From Fimicolochytrium jonesii (Eukaryota), in NCBI RefSeq assembly GCF_025526975.1, contig NW_026515690.1:434001-498000 (forward strand): a stretch of 64,000 nt of DNA, given 5' to 3'. How positions within the stretch are numbered: position 1 is the first letter of the stretch; the number at the start of each line of letters is the position of its first letter. The notes under the pieces were generated by a model that did not search any database, was not told the origin of the DNA, and was given only the letters and a program-made list of their open reading frames with translations. Shown piece by piece: positions 1 to 13,950 of the stretch. The position numbers and the translations under genes are program-made.

Positions 1-445
1 TTGGTAGCGCACTGTCCATCCAGACAAAAGCATACCGAGACGGATTGTGCTCGTTGGGCGACATTTGTCTCTCGCCTCGCGAATATCCAAAGGCCTCGAC
101 CATGGGTGCTCAGCTATGCAACGAATACCGATGGTGCAAAGGCGGAGCGGCAGTTGGGTCGGGTCGCAAATCACCGTTTTCCCATCTGACACCGATCGGT
201 CGTTTTGATTTGAATAGGCTTATTTTTAGCATACATATAAGCAACACAATGGGTACCCGACTAGTAAGGACCGCAGTCAGACAAAGATAGGCAATGACCG
301 CAGACCGTAAATAAGACACCCATACCAAAGCCGAACACTTGATAAACTAGACCCTTCCCTCCAAACTTACCGTCCTCTCTGCAAAAATCATATATACTTT
401 GACACCGGCAGAGTAGCACACATAACTAGTCACACCAACGTAAAG

Positions 446-1759
446 ATGATGAGCAGTTCGGTGTCTTGCGGCCTCGACGCAATCCGCTCGCTGGACGGCT
501 ACACAGCAGATCATTGGACGTTCCTGACTTCTATGTGCATCAGCAATCGACTAGTGTTAGCTCTTTCAATACCAAGCGCACTGTTGTCGTTATGCGTCGC
601 CTTGTCGATGCTGTTCTTACTGGCGAGGGATTACAAGCTCACAGGGCCAACGATGACTATGAGTAAGATATTTTTCGTAAGTCCGAACATTAATGTCTCC
701 AATCGACTGCACTAGTTACTGACCCGTGTAGCATTCAAATAGATCTGTTCGGCAATCACGTCAACGGGCTTAATGTTGGGAGCCATGGGCTTTTTGGCGT
801 CCGGATCGGGCATGGTAATCTTGAGCACATGCACATTCCTGGTGGGGTCTCAAGGTAGGGGTCCGAATGTGCGCGACGACGGATTGTTTTTTGTCCGGCT
901 TACTCATATTGAAGTCCCTCCGTCCATCTACCAGGCCTCATCGGTGGGGCGTATTCGACGTTATTTCAGTGGTAAGGGATATTCGGAAAGGTGCTGGCAT
1001 GCAGCAATGCTCATCCACCACTTGCTCATAGGATCACCGTGACAACTAAGATGCTCGACTTGCAGGATGAGGAATGGTTGACGCTTCGGGTTCATGCGCT
1101 GCGCAGGACACTGCTTGTCCCTACGTACATCGTGTTTTCAATCTGCATGCCCGTCTGCGCGATCCGAGCCGCCTCCAACAACCACACGACAATGTACAAT
1201 GTGGTTTCCTTCCTTTACTTTGGGTTAATGATGCCGTGGTTCGTGAATTGGTGCGCCTGCGCCAGCCAGTTCTCGGTGCACTTTGCGCGCCTGATCGAAG
1301 CGACCGTGGACGGGACTAAGGAATTCCATTTTTCGATACAAAGATCGGCCGGTGGAGCCAAGGCGATTACGCACATGGCGACACCAACCATCGGAACCGT
1401 TACGTTCAATCCGTCTGGCCTGAGCAACCCGGCAAAGGACCGAGCGGCGGAGATGCTAGCTGTGGCCAAGCGAGTGCGGCTTGTAGGGGCCTTGATTGCT
1501 GGCGACAAAGTGCTTTTCATCCTCTTGTACGTCGTTATTATGATCCACGGGCTCCTAGCATGGCAACGGCCAGACTTGAGCACTGTGCCCTTTGGGCTCT
1601 ACGCTGTCATGGTCTGTGGGATCCCGGGGTAAGTGTGAACGACTTGAGGAGAGACCCCGCTGTTCAACCAACTGACCTCTGTATTGTCGTAGTGCAAACT
1701 TTCTGGTCTGTGCCATGGCGTACTACCACGTCTCTACGGGGCCTAGCAGATCATCCTAA
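446..1759 (+). CDS. Multi-exon putative seven-transmembrane (GPCR-like) membrane protein
   Basis: ORFs 446, 773 and 991 join through GT-AG introns (~677-741, 853-933, 971-1031, 1629-1692). The joined protein has about 7 hydrophobic segments and a longer polar loop between segments 5 and 6. No family recognised. Confidence 0.5.
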
Positions 1760-2693
1760 TATCGAAAGAAGTTGGTAGTAGTAGGAGCTCCTGCTCTCGG
1801 AGCCGTTGGTACATACCCAATCTATACCTAGTAATCTCCCCTTCCTACCGCATGTTGTGCTGTTTGCTGTCTCCACAGGACTTTTCACATCACACCTATC
1901 TTCACAACTGACTGTGCCCGCATGTCCGTCGAAGGAAGGTTTCACCTTGACGCAGATGTCCATCTCCTTCAAAGCGGACTGCGGTCATCAATTACAACAC
2001 TGGAGAATAAGTATATACCATGCCACGTCCATTCGAGCGTTCCGATTGACAGTACCTTGAGCTGTCAAAAAAGCAAGGCAGTCTGAACCTTCATGGTGGC
2101 GACGTGTTCCACCGTTACGCGCACACAGAGGCGTCACAGGCTGTCACCATCCCCCTTGGCATGATGAGTTCATGAAATGATTGGAAGCGGCTTGGTCGCG
2201 AACTTGACGCCCAGAAGAATTTGGAAGCAGGGCTTGGCAAGCGGCAATCGGAAGAACATTCCGGCGTCCTGCGCTGATGCGATAGCAGCGAGGTGGCTTC
2301 CTTGGCGAGAAAATCGGGAGCCCCGCAGCTTTGGCCTTGGAGAGTCCCCCACATGCATTGCATAGTATGGGGCATACGGGTGACACATGATCTGGAAGGG
2401 CTCGGCATGGCTCGGAAAAGGCAATTCAGGTCAGAGGTCATAAAAAACAACAAAGGTGCAGGGCCGTGGCTGTCTGTACAGTAAGTCTCATTATTCGTGG
2501 CTCGGGATGACCTTTGAGGCTTTGCTCTGGCTCGCCTCGCACAGAGCACGTCATCACTCATATGTCGTGCACTTCTCGATTTCGGAATGCGGCCCTCTCC
2601 ACAGTGTTCCACACCCCGGATCCCCCCCGGAAACGTGGTCGCCTGCACTGCCGCTACGCTCTGCAGGTCTGAGCCCGAGGACCCCGGATCGGC

Positions 2694-2700
2694 TATAAAA
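2694..2700 (+). promoter_or_regulatory. TATA-like box upstream of C2-domain gene
   Basis: TATAAAA ~100 bp upstream of ATG 2793. Confidence 0.4.
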
Positions 2701-2792
2701 GGAGCTCGCAACATCCTCCCCGCTCCTTCAAAACGAACTTCCTCAAACGCACAATATATTCCACTTCTTCAAACCAAACACATATATCAAAC

Positions 2793-3537
2793 ATGCCTCT
2801 CCGTGTTCGCGTTGTTTCCGTTGCCGGAGTCCAGGACGAAGATGGTATGGTACCTTGGCAATCCCATCTGCATACCACTTCTGCTGCCCCTGACAGTCAC
2901 TTTCTCTTGTTCGATATAGACTTTGGTTCCAACGACCTTTACGTTACTCTCACCACCGGCGGTCAGACGGAGAAGGTAATGTAGCAATACCTACGGTTTC
3001 GCTGATCTCTGTTCTTTGGGCACACGATCTGATATCAATTTCGACGTTTCCGCGATGTAATAGACCACCGTGAAGAAGGTAAGCACTTGTTGTCATTTGC
3101 TCAAAAATCATAATCCCGGCTGACGGATCCGTCTGCATTCTAGGGAGCTGGTCGCCAAGCTATCTGGGATGAGGCCTTTGTGTTCCCCAATTGGACCCCT
3201 GGAAGCCCCATCGAGATTGAGGTGAAGGACAAGGACCCCTTGAAGGACGACAAGCTCGGCAAGGTCAAGGTATGTCATCGTCGATGCAGGTCTGGTAGAC
3301 TTCCAATATGTTCATCGTGCTCATGACTCTCGTGTGTGCAAACCCAGATCACCCCCGAGATCAGCGGTCCTGGTGAGAAGGAAGTCGTTGCGGAGCTCCA
3401 CCACGGCCTCCTCCACAAGAAGGTAAGCGGCACAAACAGCATCGAGCGTCGCAAACATTAGCAAATTCATTGACACCGGCCTCGCTTACCCTCCCATCTA
3501 GCGTGGTGTTATCAACTTGATTGTCTCTGCCCAGTAA
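2793..3537 (+). CDS. Small single C2-domain protein (about 6 exons)
   Basis: Spliced translation MPLRVRVVSVAGVQDEDG..FGSNDLYVTL..AIWDEAFVF..IEIEVKDKDPLKDDKLGKVK..RGVINLIVSAQ* matches C2 motifs (DxYV, WxExF, VxDxD..DD.LG). Confidence 0.8.
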
Positions 3538-4088
3538 ATGATACCCTGCACCCATTCGCAAACATGTCTGAGTCTTGTATATCCTGCATCATGATACCTT
3601 TTGGAAATAGTTTCGGGCAACTGCTTTTGAATCAAAAAATCTACACATCTTTCACACTTTCTCAATGCAAATGTGGCTGGCGCAACTGCACATTTATTCC
3701 CATTTGACGGTGGGCATAATGTGCTTTCCAGTATATCCGTTGGCGTAGCGCCCATAACCGAGCGGACGAGCCGAGCTCGTGCCCCTAACCTCCCTGAGCC
3801 CTATCTCGCTCCTCCGGCGAAAGCACGTCCGCAGAGTGTCACCGTGTCTTGCCCACGCGTTTCATCAGAATCCAACGATTCAGTGTGAGGTTCGATTTCA
3901 AGCCACGACTCGCTTTTTCGCCCTCCATATTCTCTCTTTTTCTTGGCACATTTTGAATACAGGAGCTGCTTTGACCATCCAAACAGTGGCTCTGGGTCCT
4001 GCTCGCATACTTGTCTGTTCGTCAGTCTGTCGGTTGTCTCTGGGAACAAAAGCAAGAAGACTCCGGCGAAGGCCTGGCCGAGTCAGCA

Positions 4089-7000
4089 ATGAACAGAATG
4101 AGACCCTCTTTGGAAAGCGATCACGTTCCGCTGCTCGACGAGCAAGGGCAGCCCCAACTCGGAGAAAGGGTGTATATCGTCTCTCCGCAGCATGGAAGAG
4201 AAAACAGTATCGCCCAGAGAGCATGGGCAGCCTTGAAGAGCATGTTCACGGAGTCCACAGTCAAAGCTACCGCTACCTACCTTCTTGCCACCAGTGCGAT
4301 GCTTCCCGAGTTCACGAACAGCAGGCTGCAGGGGTCCAGCTACCTACTGAGCACGGCAGTCATTTATTTTCATCCGGCTCGCACCGTTGGTGCTATGATA
4401 GAGGCGATGATATGTTGTATTGTTGGATTGGGCCTGGGGTTCGTCATCGCTTCTGGCTGCACGCAAGTTGCCATTCATTACCAGGTGGGAAGCGTTGATT
4501 GATGGAACACGGCAGAGGAACTCTCTGCGAAAGATAAGGCCGAAGATCACACCTTACGTACGACTGAACCAATTCCTCCATTTGGCAACCAGGAGGGAGA
4601 GCAAAACGAGGTCGAGGCGCACGCCATAGCGTTAGGGGTGCTTTTCTTGACTACTTTAGCGACGGCATTCACACGTGCTAAATACGCAGTGAGGCGACCT
4701 GCGATAGCTACAGGCATGTTCCAATGGGACTGGAATCGCTACCTATGCAACATCTTCAAGCTTCGGGCTAATGACCCATCTTCCAGGCTGTGCCATGACG
4801 CATATCTTGACATTCGTGACGATTACACAGATTTCTACCGAGGAATCTTTGAATCACTTGCAGGGCAACATCTATCGAACCGCGATTGCCTTGTCGGCCG
4901 GCACTCTAATCAGCTTCCTGGGATGTTGCTTAATCCGACCGCAGACTGCGGCATCTGTCCTCAGGTATGACAGCCTTGGACGTTGACAACATTCGTGCGG
5001 GTATCAAGCGGATTAAAAGCTTTTGGTAGATCGGACATTGCGAAAGGCTTCAACACGATGCGATCGTTTTTCGAAGCTCTGTCTCACACGTTCTCATTGG
5101 ATGCGGAGTCGAGACTGGAAGCCTTCGTGGATTCCCCTGCTCCTGGAACCCCGTCTGCTTCCCATGACGACGTTGCGATCGACCTTCAATCCCTCACATC
5201 AAAGCACGATCAACTGGAAAAGTCGCTGAAAGACAATCAGGAGATGCTACTGCGACTAAGCAAATCTCGATTCGAAGTGAACTTTGAGCCCACGACGAGC
5301 GTGTTCTTGCACAGGCATCAGTTTCGTTCCATCTTTGACTCCTCGGAGCGACTCTGCCAGCATTTGGGTGGTCTGCAGGCGAGCATCACCGAGGTTGACC
5401 GGATAATAGCGCAGCAGGAGGACAATGAGGCATTAGTCCAGTTCATGACGGCAATGGGGAAGTCTCTGCGTCAACTTGTGGTGACCTGCAAGCAGAGTCT
5501 TGCTTTTTTGGAGACGATATTCAGCAGCCCGTCGCGGAACGCCCGTGACGCTGACTATGTGCTGCCCGCACTGGAGAATCTGTTCGAGAAGCTTGGAGCT
5601 GCCCTTGACGAGTTCGACGAGAATCAGAGACGCGTACTGGTTCACATCTACCAAAATGTGCATGGTGAGGAAGTGCGAGCAGATTTCGCGCGCATTCACT
5701 ACGCACGGAGCGCTGACTTCTATCTCTTTCCGTAGAGGACGTCTTCCTCCTCTTTTTCTTCGTCTTTGAACTGATGGAGGTCGGCAAAGAGCTGGCGCGG
5801 CTAGTCGTAGCTGTCGAGGAGCTCAAGCGCGAAGTGCTCGACCGACGGCGGATGGGAAAAATGCGCTGGTTGTTTCGCTCGGTGTGGATTCATTGGAAGG
5901 ACAAAGAGGTCAAAAAGGCACCACGACAGCAGTGAGTGAAGCGTGTGCTTTCCTGCAGTATCGTGTTGATCCAACCCCCCTCTCCTCAGATTATACGACC
6001 GCCCAACAAAACGATCTGGCAAGGAGGGCAGAAGGATCTCTCGTGGGTTCTCCATGCCAGCCGCTCTCACCCTCGATGACGACGAAGATCAGTCCGAAAA
6101 GAAACCGTTGGCGCTACGAATTTGGACGCTCTTCTCTTCTTTCAAAGACTTCGAAGCAAAGTTTGCACTCAAGACCGCATTGGTCGTGTCTCTACTTTCC
6201 GTACCTGCCTTCATAGACAGCACACAGCCTACTTTCTACGAGTGAGTCGTCGATGCTTTCAGCGTATCGAATCACGACTTTCTCATCCCTGCTTCATTAG
6301 TTTCCGAATGCACTGGGCCCTGGTTTCATTCGTCACAGTCATGACACCATCCGTTGGCGGGACCAACGCCGCAGGATTATGGCGCCTAGCCGGGACGTTC
6401 GGTGGGATCGCAGCTGCGATAATATCAGGGATGCTGTTTCACGATAATGCGATAGGGATGCTGTTGATGAGCGCTTTTTTTGGATTCATCGGGATGTACG
6501 TCTTTCTGGAGACGGCGTATCCCAGAATCGGCCAGGTGCGTTCGATACTCAGCGTTGGTGTTGTTTTTATGCGACCTGGGATAACTGAATGACGCCGTCT
6601 CCTTCATCCAGATCTTTCTCTTTACTTTCAACATCATTCTGCTCAATGATTTCACGGGACAAGTAGACCCCGTTTCCGGAAAAGAGTGAGTGTCAATCGC
6701 AAAACCTGGCCATTTGAAGGGTGCTAACCTGTCCCGCACGTTTCATAGTTACACCATATATGAGATTGCACTACGTCGGGGCTTCTCAGTAACGATCGGC
6801 ATTCTGATCGGACTGTTTGTGTCTTACTACATCTGGCCGTTCACGTAAGGCGCCCTCGAGACTCCCCTTTCGGGCACGGGCAAACTAACTTCTGTCGTCA
6901 CAGGGCAAGGAAGGCCTTACGGATTGGGCTGTCAAATGTAAGACGGATGTTGTGCTCCAGATATCGTGACTGACTCATCACCCAACGTTTCTACTCAATC

Positions 7001-7764
7001 TTCAACACTAGACGATTTTCGACATTGGATCCTTATATTCTCGTCTGATTGGCTTATTCAACTCCTCGGCACTTCCATCACGGACAGATCTACACGAGTT
7101 CCTCGAAGAAGAATTTGCGCTTCGCGTGTCGCTTGCGGAGTTGCGTACCTTTCTGCAGGATGCGGTACATGAGCCAAGATTGAAAGGCGCCTTTCCCAAA
7201 GAGCAATATGGACAAATGATCGATTCCTGCACACGGGTCCTGGATCGACTTGTTTCCATGCGGTTTGGTTTGTAAGTGAGGCGGTTTTCCCAACGTCCCT
7301 AATGTGTGGTTATAATACCTGCTCGCTGATCTCACATTAACGCTTATGCGGAATGTCTAAATAGAACGAAAGCAGGATTCACTTCAATCCGTGCCAGCTT
7401 CATCGCACCCGTCCAGGAGAAGCGACAGCGCATGATCGGCACAATCCTTCTCTACTTCTACCTAATCTCCGGCGCCCTCCTCCTCCGCTTCCCGTTGCCA
7501 CCACAACTCCCCGACGCCCGCGGAGACCGCGAAGCTCTCATCAACGCGATTCGAACACTACCGGCCGTGCAGCCGCGCGTCGTGGCAGAGGTGGAAGATC
7601 CGGCGTACATTTATTATTATGCGTATGTGATGGGGATGGATGATGTGGTGAGGGAGCTGGAGAATCTGGGTCGGGTGTGTTGTCAGTTGTTTGGGGTTAT
7701 GGCGCTGGGAGGGCCGAATGCGGATTCCGAGGAGGCGGCGAAGGAGTGGGATACGGAGGATTGA
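4089..7764 (+). CDS. FUSC/ArAE (aromatic acid exporter-like, ALMT-related) fungal membrane transporter, multi-exon
   Basis: FHPARTVGAMIEA, KFALKTA, WALVSFVTVMTPSVGGT..RLAGTFGG, HEPRLKGAFP, LYFYLISGAL..PLPP.LP and YYYAY are typical of fungal ArAE_2/FUSC_2 proteins. Confidence 0.8.
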
Positions 7765-7944
7765 GTCAGCATTCACGTTTTTGCACAAGGGTGGGGTACC
7801 GCGTTAGGGAAGTGAAGAGCTTAGACATTGCGAGGGATGAGAGCAAGCAACCATACAAATAGCAACTGATAGCTTCTGATCATGATAATGTAGAAATACA
7901 TAGCTCGACGAGCAGAAAAAGAAGCAACGTCACTTGTAGTTGAT

Positions 7945-9692
7945 TTACGAGTGCGTCATGGAATCTTGAGAAGCGGCTCTCCGAGAAAGCCCCTGCCCAG
8001 CTTCCGTCTCAGACCCCACCGTCACCGATCCTTCGACCAAGCCGAACGCTCCGAAAGGGCTCATAGGGCTCATAGGGCTCGTGGGTGTTCCGTGCACAAA
8101 CTTTGAAATATCCTGGCGTAGCGGGGACGACTTCGGTAGCGCTGGGTCGGAATCGAAGGCTTCTGGCGTTGAGGATTGTGCCGGCGTGCCCAAATCGGCG
8201 CATAGGGTGCGACCACCGGGGGAGAGGTTGTCTTCGCCTGCCAATGTCATACGGTCGGACTCGGATATGCTGATAACGGATGTTCAGTGTTAAGTATCCA
8301 TCAGTGGGATGTCCCCACAAAGCGACATGGTATGCATACCTCGACAACGCAGAGAGCGTATAGTCACTCCCTGGCCCACTTAGCCTGTTTTCAGGCGGGT
8401 AAACGGGTGCGGGCAATGTGATGATGGGCGTCGGGGCTGGTTTCCTATCCACGATGTTGATCACAGGCGCTGGGGTCTCCGTTTTTACTGTTGCAGCAGC
8501 TGATGAGTTTTTGGAGGAGAACGTCAGTGGCGAAGCTCCGGTGGGACAGTGAAGACGGTGCATACATACCTGTGCCATCGCTTTCGGTGTCCTCTGCCCC
8601 TACGAATGCATCTACAGCCACAAGAGGTTTTTCAAACAACAGATGAGATTGGAACGTGAAAACAGTACATTTACAGAAGATGCATCCGTACGTATGACCG
8701 AAACGATGCTGCTCAGCTCGACCGATTCCGATTTTGCATCCGTCAATGGGTTTCCCGCGAAAGAGATTCCTGGACAGGATGTTGAGCTCCATGCCTTCGA
8801 GAACGCATGTCAACATCCTCGCCGTCTCTTACCTGAAAGCGACGGGAGCTGAGCGACGACCTTGTTTATGGTTTTCAACTGGTTGTTATTCATGCCGAGG
8901 AATTGCTTTTGGCACATCACCGGAAGATCTCCTTCTAAGCATAAAGCGTTTCTTACAGGCCCGTTGATTAAGCAAGGTTACTTACCAGCTGTTTCAGTTT
9001 GATAATCTCATCAGGAATACTCCCAATCGCATTCCCTCCAAGGGCCAAATGCACCAACGTATCGATCTCACATATCGATTTCGGAACCTCATCAAGCAAA
9101 TTGTTCGTCAGGTTCAGTCGCGCCAGTCCGCCCAGTTTGTCCAACGAAGCAGCTTCGATCGCTGATGTCGTCAGGCGATTTCCGCCGAGTGACAGAACCT
9201 CGAGGAGATAGAGCTGCGCGAAGGTGGGAGCGAGACTCGTGAGGTTGTTGAAGCTGACAGGGGTGGAGGTTTTGAATCGGTAAAGATTTGTGCTATGAAG
9301 CCGCAATGCGAGCGGAGATGCCCTCACCTTAAATGGAGAATACGCAACCCTTTCAGATATCCGATTTCCGAAGGGAGAGTGGTCAGGTTGTTGTTGCTGG
9401 ATCAGAACCCAGTCCAGAGGTTTCAGGGGGCATTCTGTCGGATAATTGCAAGCAACTTCTTTCTGCCTCGTTTACTCGATCTACCTCAAATTCAGAACTA
9501 CCAAGTTTCTGGCGCCAAGGATACTCTGCGGAATAGCCTGAAGCTCCTGATGCCGTATGGACACGATCTGCAAGCGATTGGGTTGGATCTCCGATGATGG
9601 AAACTTTTACTGAGAGCTCGTTGTATTCCACCTACGTCTCCGCCTGCGGCCTTTAGTTCATCCTCACGTTTCTTTGGCTTCATCAACACCAT
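7945..9692 (-). CDS. Leucine-rich-repeat protein with a low-complexity C-terminus, multi-exon
   Basis: LxxLxLxxNxL repeats (LEVLSLGGNRLT, LARLNLTNNLL, LVHLALGGNAI, LELNILSRNLF) in ORFs 8968 and 8445; boundaries approximate. Confidence 0.65.
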
Positions 9693-10382
9693 TTTGGAAT
9701 GTTTCACGGCTTGGAGTAACGGTATATAACTGTATGGTCCAATTAGTTTCGTGTAAACGCACTTCGGCACTGGCAAAATGTGCCTCAACTTCGAAATTCC
9801 GACAACAAACGCGGTGTCGAAATTCGCGGAAGGTGTGGCAATTGCACCCGTCCATGTCCACTCGTGGACATGCGATGTTTGAGGAAACGCTGAATGAAGC
9901 ACCTGAGGAAACCTATCGGCTAATGCCATTGCCAGCTGCAGTCTATTTCGCGAGGCATGTCACCAACATTGTTCATTCAAGATACAAAGTAGACTAAGCA
10001 CCCTATTTCCAGCCATCGCATTGAAGCTTGCAAACCGCTGGATAGTACGAATTGATGGGAAGGCTTTGGAGGAACCAACTCCGAGAGACGCCGGCAACGC
10101 GAAATAGGATGCTGCAGTACTTCGAACCATGCATTACGCAATCAGATGGTGATGACTTCCTATATCCGTCATGCGCATCAAGGGTTCAAAGTTCGCTCCG
10201 AGTTGAGGTAAGGCATTTGATCCAGTTGGAAGTCTTTCGGTACGCCGCATCCTGTTTCGGTCACCGCAAGGGCTTGCCCTCTGTGCCGGCCAAGGTAAGC
10301 ACACATGAGATGCAGAGCAGGTGCTCAGCGAAGAAGGTCGGTAGAAGGACGAGGTGGTATATCCGATGTTTATCTGCATCCC

Positions 10383-11738
10383 TCACTTAACGGTCAACGT
10401 AACAGTTAGCACCTTATCCCCGCGATGAAACTGCGCGCCGCCTTCCGCGACATCGATCGGGTGCGGAAGATCGATGTCCAGGGCGAAGTGGTTGGGGATG
10501 TGCAGGAGTAGGCGGGATTGTTCAATGTCGAGCGTTGTTGTTTTCATTGTTGGCTGTTATCAGAGATCGGGTGTCAGTGTATAGGAGGGATGACGAGAAG
10601 ATGAGTCGTAACGCTACTTACGACGCCAGGGAGCTGAATTTCCACGATCAAGAACTCAGGCGTGCTCGTTGGTGGTTCGCGGACAATGTCATACTTGGGA
10701 CGTGGTAGGTGCAGTGTCTTCATCGCCGTCGGTTTCAATTGTGTCGGGGCGGTTGATTTCGCTGCAGATTTCGATCCATTTGGTCTATCCACCTCGGCGA
10801 TAATCGGTCGTTTGGCTCGTCGGATGATGTGTTTCGATAAGCGACCTTTTGATGCCATCTTCGGAAGTGTGAATTCTGCATCATCCCGAGGAGAAGTCAG
10901 CAACAATTCTCCAGTGTCCCTCTCAGCCTACCAAAAAACCTGACCACGCACCTCGACTGAGCTGCAACTTATACTTCTCTTCCACCCACTCCAACGCCAG
11001 CTCAATCAAGAACAGCTTGAAGTCTCCGTCTTCAGCGGCCTTATCCAGTGGATCCGTGTTGACGCATGCATCGAACACCAAGCACGTTTTGCCCGCTGTG
11101 TCAGAAACCCTGAATTAGTTATTCTTCGATGTTCATCATCCGTGCCTCAAGTGACCACGTACATTTATCCCGATCAGGCCTAGGTGAGCTCAAACTCAAT
11201 GGGACCTTATACGCCGCATTATCTTCCGCATTCAGTGCTTTCACGATCTCCTCTTTTGTTGCTGGGGGCGGGGCAGGGATGTTTGGGCTGTGGCAGATGT
11301 TGATGAACACCTATTTTTGACACAATCAATACCAGTTCGTCTTCATCCATGGGCCCGCTGCTTCCCAGACGCCTGCCCAGGCTTTCTGACAAGTACCTTC
11401 AACCCTACTCCCCAGTCGTCCACCTTCACCGTATTGTGCGTCTTCACCACGAACCCCGGCTCAGGCATAACTTCATGCATCGGCGACGGTGCCGATCCGT
11501 CCCCCGTAAGTTTCAGTCCCTTCCCTCCAGCCCCAACACCGTCCTGATCTGTCGCAGCGCCGACCCGTTTCGATAGCTCGGACATGAGCTTGCTGAGCTC
11601 GGCGTCATTTTGGGAGAGCAGTTTGACGAGTTCAGGGTCATCGGAGTCGGTTCGGTTGGGGTGAGAGTCTGCCACGCTGCTGCCGGTTGAACCGCCTGAG
11701 GGCGACGTGATGCTCGCTAGGAGGGATTCGATTGTCAT
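10383..11738 (-). CDS. PIH1-domain co-chaperone (Pih1/PIH1D family) with C-terminal CS-like domain
   Basis: PEPGFVVKT..KVFINICHSPNIPAP..YKVPLSLSSPRPDRDK..CLVFDACVN..FLIELALEWVE is the PIH1-N signature. Exact paralogue (PIH1D1 vs ciliary PIH proteins) not determined. Confidence 0.85.
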
Positions 11739-12148
11739 TGTCGATTTTGTGTTACGAGGTTGAATTCGTATCAATGTCGTCTTCCAACCCCAGAAAGCCC
11801 CTTCATATGACGCGCAACTCGATGGACAAACTGGTCTTCGCGTTCTCGCTTAGCAGGAAGTCCAAAACATCCAGCTCATCCAGCTCGCAAACTGCCCCAT
11901 CTTCGAAAGATCAGGCCACTGCTCGCGAAGAGAAGCCTCGTCCGCAGTTCTTCAACTTCGCGCGCAGAGTCTTCATAACTCTGTTCCGTCGCCGTCGTGG
12001 GAGATTCCCTGAGAAGCCACCGGTAGAAGAGGTCGAAATCGTCCAGGATTTGGAAGCCCCACTTCTGACAGAACCCGAGGCCGAAGAAGAACCAGAAGTT
12101 GAAGTTGAAACCGAACCAACAGCGCAAACCGATTCACACGCAGAAGTC

Positions 12149-13752
12149 ATGGGTATCGAAGTAATGGACATCGACCGGGACGTCACGGCGTTCTTGTCTG
12201 CTGAGCAGCAGAAGGTGCCAGCGCAATTGCGGGACTATTACGTCCGGTTTATTGATCTTTACGACAAGAAGTAAGCTGGACTCGTTCAAACGATGCTGAA
12301 ACCCCCATAACTGACTTGGATTCCTACTCTAGGCTATGGCATCAGTTGACGTTAGCCCTGGAGGCGTTCATTGCCCAACCGGGGTCTGGGCCACACCTGA
12401 TTCCCTTGTACGAGCACTTCATTATCGATTGGGAGAAGAAGATGAACAAGCTGAGTCTGGTGAAATTCCTGACGAAAGCCAGCAGAGAATTGAAGGGTGT
12501 GTAGATGAGATACCGGACAGGAAGCCTATAGACGTTCGAAAATTGACGTTTCGGACATAGATTCGAAGGCCGCACTGGAGTTCCTCGACCGCCAAGTTGA
12601 AAAGCTGAAGGACAAACCAGAGAGCCGCGATGCGTACACTCTGGCGCGCATGGAGGCAGCGTGGTACAAGTTGGTTGCAGAAGATTTGGAAGGATGTAAA
12701 ACCGCCATCGATGAATGCGAGAAGATTTTGGACGACTTGCCTGGAACGGAGCCTGTCATAAATGCTAGCTTCTACCGCGTTGCTGCCGCTTACTACAAGG
12801 TAGTCAACCATGGATGGGACTAGGTTTGGCAGGTCATCGGCTTACTTCGTGATTTTGTTTCTAGGCGAAGGCGCAGTATCCCCAGTATTACCACAACGCG
12901 CTACTCTACTTGTCGTCCATCTCCTTGGACGAACTGAGCCCGATCGACAAGCAGGAGAGGGCGTATGAACTTGCTATCAGTGCGCTGCTTGGAGAGGGCC
13001 TGTACAACTTTGGAGAATTGGTGGGTACCAAGCATTAAGTGTTGAACGAGAGCAATCCGGATGCTGTTACAATCAGGCTGGGGCTAAATGTCTAGCGCAC
13101 ATGCAGCTGCAACATTCCATCCTGGACTCTCTCAAGGGCACCACCTACGGCTGGCTCCGAGACATGCTCTTCTGCTTCAACAGCGGCGACATGGACGCAT
13201 TCGACAAACTGAGCCGCAGCGGTGACTTCCTGAAACAGGTATCTACCCCACTCCCACAACCATCTCTACTAAACCCGCAAATACCGTATCTCACTTTACA
13301 TCCCCTTCTTAGCCCCTCCTAGTAAATTCCGTCCCGTTCCTCCGCCAAAAGCTGTGCCTCATGACCCTGATAGAAGCAGTCTTCAAGCGCAGCAAAGAGT
13401 CCAGGGGCCGCATGACCTTTGGCGAGATCTCGAAAGAGACGAGGGTGCTGAATGAGGAGGCTGAGCATTTGGTTATGAAGGCGTTGAGTTTGGGACTGAT
13501 CAAGGGGAAGATTGATGAGGTTGATCAGGTGGTTATGGTACGTTTACAGGCTTCAGATTTCGTGCCGGCTCACACAGGAAGGTTCAGCGGACTGAAGAAT
13601 GATGCTTTTGGCAGGTCACTTGGGTCCAACCCCGCGTCCTGGACAGGAATCAGATTGAGAGCATCCGTGACCGTCTTACGGACTGGTCTGCCAAAGTCCG
13701 GGAGCGGGTGCTGATTTCCGAGGAAGGCGCGGCGGACATGTTTGCTCAATAG
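12149..13752 (+). CDS. RPN9: 26S proteasome lid subunit Rpn9/PSMD13, multi-exon (start uncertain; frame open from 11774)
   Basis: LYDKK/LWHQLT, YYHNALLYL, ALLGEGLYNFGEL, LRQKLCLMTLIE, EHLVMKALSLGLIKGKIDEV, WVQPRVL (PCI domain). Confidence 0.93.
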
Positions 13753-13950
13753 ATAGCAACCTTGTTGTTTTCGTCACCTGCCGAGTACCCTTTCTGACCA
13801 ATGCGTAATGATGGATTGTACAAAATATAAATATCCAATCGATCCGCGCATCATTTCCGTCCGATGGCTGACGACCTGGCTCATCGAGCAATCATGCATT
13901 CACGGGAACGCCCACTCCAACTGAAATGCACATAAATACTGTACAATCCC

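Noticed and set aside
8057..8080. 9-bp tandem GGCTCATAG repeat
   Set aside because: It simply encodes SPMSPMSP in the low-complexity tail of the LRR protein.
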